From positions 93,014 through 157,013 of the forward strand of contig CALXLL010000001.1 of assembly GCA_944389185.1 (NCBI GenBank): a stretch of DNA of 64,000 bases, in the 5' to 3' direction. Source of the stretch: an uncultured Alphaproteobacteria bacterium. GTDB taxonomy: Bacteria; Pseudomonadota; Alphaproteobacteria; Rs-D84. Positions 57,157 through 64,000 of this stretch are shown piece by piece. Position 1 is the stretch's first letter; every line of letters begins with the position of its first letter. Position numbers and translations under genes: made by a program. The notes beneath the pieces were generated by a model, which was given only the letters and a program-made list of their open reading frames with translations, had not been told where the DNA came from and ran no database searches.

Positions 57157-59238
57157 ATGTCAGTCGGAAAAACAGCACCTTTACATATGTATCGTAATAT
57201 TGGTATTATGGCTCACATTGACGCTGGTAAAACAACTACTTCAGAACGTATTCTTTTCTATACCGGTAAGACATATAAAATTGGCGAAGTGCATGATGGC
57301 GGCGCCACAATGGACTGGATGGAACAAGAACAAGAACGTGGTATTACAATTACTTCAGCGGCAACAACTTGCTTTTGGCGCGATCATCGTATTAATTTGA
57401 TTGATACGCCAGGACACGTTGACTTTACTATGGAAGTAGAACGTTCTTTGCGTGTTTTGGACGGGGCGGTTGCTGTTTTTGAGTCTGTATCAGGTGTTCA
57501 GCCACAGTCTGAAACTGTTTGGCGTCAAGCTGATCGTTACAACGTTCCACGTATTTGCTTTATTAACAAGATGGATCGTATTGGTGGTAATTTTTTCCGT
57601 TGCGTTGATATGATACGCGAAAGACTTGGGGCTAATCCGTTGGTTATTAACTTCCCAATCGGTGCGGAATCCGATTTTAGAGGTGTCGTTGACGTTGTTG
57701 AAATGCGCGGTATCGTGTGGGAAGATGATTTGGGAAAGGATCCTCATATAGTTGACATTCCTGATGATTTGAAAGAAAAAGCAGAAGAACTGCATAATAA
57801 GCTGATAGAAGAAGTCGTTACTTTAGACGATGATATTATGGAAGCTTATATGGAAGGTAAGAAACCTGACGTTGAAACAATTAAAAAGCTTATTCGTAAG
57901 GGAACAATAAATCAGAACTTTAATCCTGTTTTATGCGGAACTGCGTTTAAGAACAAGGGTGTGCAACCTTTATTAGATGCTATTGTTGATTATTTACCGT
58001 CACCATTAGATATTCCTGCTATTAAAGGAACGAAAATGGACGGTGAAACAGTTGCAGAACGTAAACCTGACCCGAAAGAACCCTTCAGCGCCTTAGCGTT
58101 TAAGGTTGCAAATGATCCGTTCGTCGGTAATTTGATGTTCATACGTATTTATTCCGGTAAATTAGTTTCTGGTTCTTACATCTATAATTCTAACCGTGAT
58201 AAACGTGAACGCGTCGGTCGTATGTTGTTGATGCATTCTAATCAGCGCGAAGAAATTAAGGAAGCTTCTGCCGGTGATATTATTACGTTGGTTGGTATGA
58301 AGGAAACGATAACTGGTGATACTTTGTGCGATGAAGCAAACCCGATCATTTTGGAAAATATTCACGTTCCAGAACCTGTTATCAGTATCGCTGTTGAACC
58401 TAAAACAAAAGCAGATATTGAAAAGATGTCTTTGGGGTTGCAAGCTTTGGCTAAAGAAGATCCTTCTTTCCGCGTATCAGTTGACGAAGAATCCGGTCAA
58501 ACGATTTTGGCGGGTGTGGGTGAATTGCACTTAGAGATTTTAGTAGACAGATTATTACGTGAATTTAAGGTAGAGGTTAACGTTGGGGAACCGCGCATTG
58601 CTTACCGTGAAACTTTCCGTAAAGCTGTCACAGAAGAATATACGCATAAGAAACAATCTGGTGGTTCTGGTCAGTATGCTCAGGTAAAGATAGAGTTCGA
58701 ACCTTTGGAACCTGGTAAGGGCTATGAATTCGAGAATAAGATTGTTGGTGGGGCTATTCCAAAAGAATATATCCCTGGTGTAGAAAAAGGTTTGAAGATA
58801 GCACAACAGACGGGTGTTCTGATTGGCTATCCTACAGTGGATTTCAAAGCAACTTTATTAGATGGTAAGTATCATGAAGTTGATTCTAATGTATTGTGCT
58901 TTGAAATAGCGGCACGTGCTTGCTTCCGTGAAGCAATGAAAAAAGCGTCGCCAAAATTGTTGGAACCGATTATGAAATTGTCGGTTACTACACCGGAAGA
59001 ATACGTCGGTGATATTATTGGGGACTTGAACAGTCGTCGCGGACAAATAAATGGCATTGAAACGCAGTTTGGAAATCAAGTTATTTCTGCTTTCGTTCCA
59101 TTGGCTAATTTGTTCGGTTATGTAAAGACTTTACGTTCTTTGTCACAAGGGCGTGCAAATCCTTATATGGAATTGTCTCATTATGATGAAGTTCCACAAA
59201 ATGTTGCTGATGAAGTAATAAAGAAGTTAACAAAGTAA
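57157..59238 (+). CDS. fusA: elongation factor G
   Basis: GTPase motifs [17 protein letters not shown] and NKMD; 693 aa. Confidence 0.95.
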   Translation: MSVGKTAPLHMYRNIGIMAHIDAGKTTTSERILFYTGKTYKIGEVHDGGATMDWMEQEQERGITITSAATTCFWRDHRINLIDTPGHVDFTMEVERSLRVLDGAVAVFESVSGVQPQSETVWRQADRYNVPRICFINKMDRIGGNFFRCVDMIRERLGANPLVINFPIGAESDFRGVVDVVEMRGIVWEDDLGKDPHIVDIPDDLKEKAEELHNKLIEEVVTLDDDIMEAYMEGKKPDVETIKKLIRKGTINQNFNPVLCGTAFKNKGVQPLLDAIVDYLPSPLDIPAIKGTKMDGETVAERKPDPKEPFSALAFKVANDPFVGNLMFIRIYSGKLVSGSYIYNSNRDKRERVGRMLLMHSNQREEIKEASAGDIITLVGMKETITGDTLCDEANPIILENIHVPEPVISIAVEPKTKADIEKMSLGLQALAKEDPSFRVSVDEESGQTILAGVGELHLEILVDRLLREFKVEVNVGEPRIAYRETFRKAVTEEYTHKKQSGGSGQYAQVKIEFEPLEPGKGYEFENKIVGGAIPKEYIPGVEKGLKIAQQTGVLIGYPTVDFKATLLDGKYHEVDSNVLCFEIAARACFREAMKKASPKLLEPIMKLSVTTPEEYVGDIIGDLNSRRGQINGIETQFGNQVISAFVPLANLFGYVKTLRSLSQGRANPYMELSHYDEVPQNVADEVIKKLTK

Positions 59239-59346
59239 AAAAAAGTTTATGATTCTTGATTTTTTGGTTTATGATTGGGAACGAATACCAACGAATCGGA
59301 TTCAGGAATCAGAAAATTAAAATTAACAAGCCTTAAGGAGAAAACT

Positions 59347-60534
59347 ATGGCAAAAGAAAAGTATATAAGAACCAAGCCACACGTTAACATTGGTACTATC
59401 GGTCACGTTGACCATGGTAAAACAACGTTAACTGCAGCTATTGTTCACTACTATGGTATCGGCGCAGACCAGGGTAAAGGCGTAGATCAAATTGATAATG
59501 CACCAGAAGAAAAAGCTCGTGGTATAACAATTAACACAGCACACGTTGAATACGAAACACCAAATCGTCACTATGCACACGTTGACTGCCCAGGGCACGC
59601 TGACTATGTTAAAAACATGATTACCGGTGCTGCACAGATGGACGGTGCTATATTGGTAGTTGCTGCAACTGATGGTCCTATGCCACAGACACGTGAACAC
59701 ATTTTGTTGGCTCGTCAAGTAGGTATTCCAAAAATCGTTGTTTACTTGAACAAATGCGATTTGGCAAACGATCCAGAATTGTTGGAATTGGTTGAAATGG
59801 AAGTTCGTGAATTGTTATCTGCAAACGAATTTGACGGTGACAATACACCTATCATTCGCGGTTCTGCAATTTCTGCTTTGGAAGAAAAGCAAGATGGTTT
59901 GGGTAAAGAATCTATTGATGCTTTGTTAAAAGCTTGCGATGAATACATTCCATTACCAGAACGTCCTGTTGACAAACCTTTCTTGATGCCGATTGAAGAC
60001 GTATTCTCTATCACAGGTCGTGGAACTGTTGTAACAGGTCGTATTGAATCTGGAACTGTTAAAGTAGGTGACGAATGTGAAATCGTAGGTTTGCGTCCGA
60101 CACAGAAAACTACTGTTACCGGTGTTGAAATGTTCCGTAAATTATTGGATCAAGGTGAAGCCGGTGATAACGTAGGTTTGTTGTTACGTGGAACAAAGAA
60201 AGAAGATGTAGAACGTGGTCAGATTATCTGCAAACCTGGTTCTATTACACCTCATACAGAGTTTGAAGCTGAAGTTTATATCTTGACGAAAGAAGAAGGC
60301 GGTCGTCATACACCATTCTTCACAAATTATCGTCCACAGTTCTTCTTCAGCACAACAGACGTAACAGGTACAATTACATTACCAGCTGACAAAGAAATGG
60401 TATTACCTGGTGATAACGTTCGTATCGCAGTGCAATTAATTGCACCTATTGCTATGGACGAAGGTCGTCGCTTTGCTATCCGTGAAGGCGGTCTCACAGT
60501 TGGCGCAGGTGTTGTATCTAAGATTATAAAATAA
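59347..60534 (+). CDS. tuf: elongation factor Tu
   Basis: Start at MAKEKY preceded by aaggag; [26 protein letters not shown]. The ORF-track N-terminal extension is not used. Confidence 0.95.
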   Translation: MAKEKYIRTKPHVNIGTIGHVDHGKTTLTAAIVHYYGIGADQGKGVDQIDNAPEEKARGITINTAHVEYETPNRHYAHVDCPGHADYVKNMITGAAQMDGAILVVAATDGPMPQTREHILLARQVGIPKIVVYLNKCDLANDPELLELVEMEVRELLSANEFDGDNTPIIRGSAISALEEKQDGLGKESIDALLKACDEYIPLPERPVDKPFLMPIEDVFSITGRGTVVTGRIESGTVKVGDECEIVGLRPTQKTTVTGVEMFRKLLDQGEAGDNVGLLLRGTKKEDVERGQIICKPGSITPHTEFEAEVYILTKEEGGRHTPFFTNYRPQFFFSTTDVTGTITLPADKEMVLPGDNVRIAVQLIAPIAMDEGRRFAIREGGLTVGAGVVSKIIK

Positions 60535-60613
60535 AATGGTAAAACGGGTCGGTGTAATTGAAATAAACATTCAATGATTACCGACCCATAATTAAGATAA
60601 GGAAAACGAACAA

Positions 60614-60925
60614 ATGGTACCAGCATCTAAAATTCGCATCAAGTTAACGGCTTTTGATCATAGAGTCTTGATGGAATCAGTAGAAGAAATAGTTAAAACT
60701 GCAAAACGCACTGGCGCAGATGTCGTTGGGCCTGTTCGCTTGCCGACATTGATTCAGAAGTTTACAGTTAACACTTCTCCACACGTAGATAAAAAAGCAC
60801 GTGAGCAATTTGAAATTCGCAATCACAAAGCGGTTGTGGATATTGTTAATCCAACCCCTCAGACGGTTGATGCTTTGATGAAGTTGGATTTGGCTTCGGG
60901 TGTAGACGTAAAAATTAAATTGTAA
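60614..60925 (+). CDS. rpsJ: 30S ribosomal protein S10
   Basis: [29 protein letters not shown]..., classic S10. Confidence 0.95.
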   Translation: MVPASKIRIKLTAFDHRVLMESVEEIVKTAKRTGADVVGPVRLPTLIQKFTVNTSPHVDKKAREQFEIRNHKAVVDIVNPTPQTVDALMKLDLASGVDVKIKL

Positions 60926-60982
60926 AAATTGTTAGAGTTAGTTTAGTATTACTAACCTACTGACAGAAAAAAAGGCAAAAAA

Positions 60983-61726
60983 ATGAAACGTAGCGGATTA
61001 ATTACAACAAAAATAGGAATGACGCGTCTGTATGATGATAGCGGGGTTGCTCATCCTGTAACGGTTTTAGCCGTTGGTGACTGCACTGTTATCGGAAATC
61101 GCACGTCTGAAAAAAATGGTTATGTTGCGAATGTATTAGGTATTCGCGAAGCAAAAGCTAAGCATATCGCTAAACCACAGGCGGTTGCGGCGGAAAAAGC
61201 AGGGGTAAAACCTTATCGCAAAGTTGTGGAATTTCGTGTAACTGAAGATTGTATAATTCCCGTTGGAACTGAATTATCCGCTTCTCATTTTATTGCTGGA
61301 CAATTTGTTGATGTCCAAGCGACTAGTAAAGGTAAAGGTTATCAGGGTGCTATGAAACGTCATAATTTTGGCGGTAAAGAAGCATCTCATGGTGTATTAA
61401 AAGCTCATCGTTCTATTGGTGGAACGGGTATGCGTGAATGGCCTGGGCGCGTGCTGAAAGGTAAAAAAATGGCGGGGCAGATGGGAAATGAAACTGTAAC
61501 CGTTCAGAACCTTAAAGTATTCGGCATAGATGAAGTAGAAAACTTAATCTTCGTTGAAGGCGCAGTTCCTGGCAGTAACGGCACTTTCGTATTAGTAACC
61601 GACGCGGTAAAAAAAGAACAAAAAGATTTACCTGTCCCAACTAATACAGTAAAACCAGCAGAACCTGTTGAAGAAGCGGCTGCTGAACAAGTAACAGAAA
61701 CCGAAACAGAAGCTGTTGCGGAATAA
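60983..61726 (+). CDS. rplC: 50S ribosomal protein L3
   Basis: GLITTKIGMTRLYD...; 247 aa with an acidic C-terminal extension. Confidence 0.9.
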   Translation: MKRSGLITTKIGMTRLYDDSGVAHPVTVLAVGDCTVIGNRTSEKNGYVANVLGIREAKAKHIAKPQAVAAEKAGVKPYRKVVEFRVTEDCIIPVGTELSASHFIAGQFVDVQATSKGKGYQGAMKRHNFGGKEASHGVLKAHRSIGGTGMREWPGRVLKGKKMAGQMGNETVTVQNLKVFGIDEVENLIFVEGAVPGSNGTFVLVTDAVKKEQKDLPVPTNTVKPAEPVEEAAAEQVTETETEAVAE

Positions 61727-61752
61727 TGACTTAACAGCGACAGAGAAGTAAG

Positions 61753-62382
61753 GTGGAAAAAATGCAATTAGATATTATTAATTTTGATGGTAAAGCGGTC
61801 GGCAAAGTAGATTTGCAAGACAGCATATTTGGTATTGAACCGCGTGCAGATATTTTGCATAGAGTTGTTACTTGGCAACGTGCAAAGTCCCGTGCAGGAA
61901 CTCATGCAGTAAAAACCGTATCTGACGTAGAAGGAAGCGGTAAAAAAGCTTTCAAACAAAAGAAAACCGGTAACGCACGTCAAGGTGAAAAATATAATGT
62001 TCATATGCGCGGTGGTGGCGTCGTTCATGGACCTGTTGTTCGTGATCACAGTATAGATTTACCGAAGAAAATACGTAGCTTGGGTTTGAAGATGGCTTTA
62101 TCTTCAAAGATGAAAGACGGCAATTTAATCGTCATTGATTCGGAAAAGTTGTCTGCAACTAAAACAAACGCATTTGCAAAACAATTAAAGAAGTTAGATA
62201 TTAATTCTGCTTTGTTTGTAGGGGCGTCTGATTTAGACGGTAACTTTAAAAAGTCTGCTGCAAACATTAAAAATATTGATGTTTTGCCAACAATCGGTTT
62301 GAACGTTTTAGATATATTAAAACATGAAAAACTGGTTTTGACGGCAGACGCAGTGAAAGCAGTTGAAGCTAGATTAGCATAG
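61753..62382 (+). CDS. rplD: 50S ribosomal protein L4
   Basis: Position in the S10 operon; ...RAKSRAGTHAVKTVSDVEGSGKKAFKQKKTGNARQG. Confidence 0.9.
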   Translation: MEKMQLDIINFDGKAVGKVDLQDSIFGIEPRADILHRVVTWQRAKSRAGTHAVKTVSDVEGSGKKAFKQKKTGNARQGEKYNVHMRGGGVVHGPVVRDHSIDLPKKIRSLGLKMALSSKMKDGNLIVIDSEKLSATKTNAFAKQLKKLDINSALFVGASDLDGNFKKSAANIKNIDVLPTIGLNVLDILKHEKLVLTADAVKAVEARLA

Positions 62383-62417
62383 TTGTCAATCTGGATTTGA
62401 TAATAAAAGGTTTAGAA

Positions 62418-62753
62418 ATGGCAGAAAAAAAAGTTAATTCAGAGAAAAAAATCGTTGCGACTGCTGGTATGTATGATATACTGCGTCGTCCGATAATCTC
62501 GGAAAAGGCAGCAAAGTTGTCCGATAACAATGGCGTTGCTTTTGAAGTTGCTGCTGATGCAACTAAGGAAGATGTGGCTCGTGCTGTTGAAGCAATATTC
62601 AATGTTAAACCTACGAAAGTTAACATTGTTGTGGCTAAAGGTAAGGTTAAAACTTTCCGTGGTCGCGGTTATGGTACTCAACGCACAGTTAAAAAAGCTT
62701 ATGTATCTTTGCCGAAAGACGCTAAGATAGATTTATCGGCAAATATACAGTAA
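62418..62753 (+). CDS. rplW: 50S ribosomal protein L23
   Basis: YDILRRPIISEKAAKL... L23 N-terminal motif. Start at MAEKK is uncertain (alternatives: 62397 or 62469). Confidence 0.8.
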   Translation: MAEKKVNSEKKIVATAGMYDILRRPIISEKAAKLSDNNGVAFEVAADATKEDVARAVEAIFNVKPTKVNIVVAKGKVKTFRGRGYGTQRTVKKAYVSLPKDAKIDLSANIQ

Positions 62754-62825
62754 ATAACTTGCTTTGACAGAGAATCCTATTATCTTGGACGTTAGTGTCA
62801 AAGCTTAAATAAAAGGTAAAAAAAA

Positions 62826-63659
62826 ATGGCATTAAAACATTATAAGCCAAATACAGCTGGTATGCGTGGTTTGACTTTAATAGACCACAGTGAATTGCAT
62901 CGCGGTGCACCAGAAAAATCTTTAACGTTTGGCTTAAAGTCCAAAGGTGGACGTAATAATTTTGGGCATGTCACAGTTCCTCATCAGGGTGGGGGGCATA
63001 AACGTAAATATCGTTTAATAGATTTCGCTCGTAAGAAAAAAGGTATTCCTGCAACAGTTATTCGCTTGGAATACGACCCAAATCGCACGGCTTTCATTGC
63101 TTTGATAGAATATCAAGATGGTGCAAAGTCTTACATTTTGGCACCGCGTGATTTGAAAGCTGGTGACGTCATTATTTCTGGTGAACGTGAAGATATTAAG
63201 CCAGGTAATGCAATGCCATTAAAGAATATGCCTATTGGAACAATCGTGCATAATGTTGAACTAAAACCAGGGGCAGGTGGTCAATTGGCTCGTAGTGCTG
63301 GTTGTTATGCTCAGTTAATGGGTAAGGACGGCGTTTATGCACAGATAAAGATGAACAGCGGTGAGTTGCGCAAAGTTCATTCTGATTGTTTGGCAACCGT
63401 TGGCAGCGTTTCTAATCCTGACCAACGTAACGTAAACTTGGGTAAAGCTGGTCGTGCTAGGTGGTTGGGTATTCGCCCATCTGTTCGCGGTATGGCACAG
63501 AACCCAGTTGATCACCCAATGGGTGGTGGTAACGGTCATTCTAAGGGCCACGAACCAGTATCACGTACAGGTATTCCAGCCAAGGGATATCGTACCCGTA
63601 GCAATAAAAGAACTGCAAAGATGATTATCCGCAGCAGACATTTGGCAAAGAAAAAATAA
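62826..63659 (+). CDS. rplB: 50S ribosomal protein L2
   Basis: [15 protein letters not shown]...; 277 aa. Confidence 0.95.
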   Translation: MALKHYKPNTAGMRGLTLIDHSELHRGAPEKSLTFGLKSKGGRNNFGHVTVPHQGGGHKRKYRLIDFARKKKGIPATVIRLEYDPNRTAFIALIEYQDGAKSYILAPRDLKAGDVIISGEREDIKPGNAMPLKNMPIGTIVHNVELKPGAGGQLARSAGCYAQLMGKDGVYAQIKMNSGELRKVHSDCLATVGSVSNPDQRNVNLGKAGRARWLGIRPSVRGMAQNPVDHPMGGGNGHSKGHEPVSRTGIPAKGYRTRSNKRTAKMIIRSRHLAKKK

Positions 63660-63712
63660 TTAAATAGCCATTATCTATATGGTAATGGCTGATAAAAAAA
63701 ACGGAGTAATTG

Positions 63713-63994
63713 ATGTCTCGTTCAGTATGGAAAGGTCCTTATATTCATCCTTCTATTTTGAAAAAAATAGCCAAGGCTAATGAAAATAACGACCACAAAC
63801 CAATTAAGACTTGGTCAAGAGGTAGCACAATCGTGCCACCGATGGTTGGTTTTACTTTTGAAGTTCATAATGGTAACAAATTCATACCTGTTTCAATCGT
63901 AGAAGATATGATTGGGCATAAGTTGGGTGAATTTGCACCAACACGCACATTTAAAGGACATGCAGCCAATAAAAAAGCGGCAGCAGCAAAATAA
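63713..63994 (+). CDS. rpsS: 30S ribosomal protein S19
   Basis: [18 protein letters not shown]...; an ATG at 63998 probably starts rplV just beyond the annotated end. Confidence 0.9.
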   Translation: MSRSVWKGPYIHPSILKKIAKANENNDHKPIKTWSRGSTIVPPMVGFTFEVHNGNKFIPVSIVEDMIGHKLGEFAPTRTFKGHAANKKAAAAK

Positions 63995-64000
63995 TTAATG

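Noticed and set aside
57200-60626. Numerous 60-100-aa ORFs antisense or out of frame within fusA and tuf (e.g. 57490..57795 and 59428..59718), and likewise inside gatA, sufB, fabF and the acyl-CoA synthetase gene
   Set aside because: They are embedded in highly conserved genes whose own frames are unambiguous; their composition is typical of AT-rich antisense frames. Spurious.

Overview
This is an AT-rich window (roughly one-third GC by eye) from a Gram-negative proteobacterial chromosome, mostly housekeeping genes. The gene content is consistent with an alphaproteobacterial, host-associated bacterium (dnaA is unlinked to dnaN; genes for TolB, Pal, PlsY/PlsC and SufBC are present), but that placement is a low-confidence inference.

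Housekeeping content, in order: a split gatC-ORF-gatA-(tRNA-Phe)-gatB locus; the SufBC Fe-S genes; rpsT; plsY; dprA followed by the chromosomal replication initiator dnaA; parE; a lone dnaJ; pgsA; uvrC; dnaN; ppa; efp; fba; tolB; plsC; ftsEX-like genes; pal; rbfA; lepA; acpP-fabF; an acyl-CoA synthetase; tRNA-Pro; mltG; two outer-membrane beta-barrel protein genes; and the str/S10 ribosomal cluster rpsL-rpsG-fusA-tuf-rpsJ-rplC-rplD-rplW-rplB-rpsS.

Accessory content stands out against this background:
1. Four tandem paralogous genes (36.4-42.4 kb) encode secreted proteins built from phage tail-fibre-like repeats. They share near-identical internal cassettes and a 30-bp tandem repeat, and no other phage genes are nearby. 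I consider this the best candidate for a novel or variable surface system.
2. A compact Type II restriction-modification island (a Dam-like N6-adenine methyltransferase plus an EcoRI-family endonuclease with a conserved PD..E-x-K triad and GNAIER recognition motif) sits immediately 3' of tRNA-Pro.
3. A BrnA-like ribbon-helix-helix gene is translationally coupled to an unknown 306-aa protein, with a strong palindromic operator candidate upstream.
4. Two small Cys-rich paralogous ORFs and a catalytically degenerate P4-type integrase remnant lie between lepA and acpP.
5. An orphan PilL/TcpQ-like gene is paired with a lipoprotein secretin gene; there is also an isolated type IV pilin-like gene and a possible VirB2-like pilin gene.
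6. An unknown ORF is wedged between gatC and gatA.

Several rho-independent terminators, sigma70-like promoters (a perfect TTGACA-17-TATAGT upstream of rpsL) and a sigma32-like promoter before dnaJ are visible. All homology calls rest on motif recognition by eye; no database searches were run.
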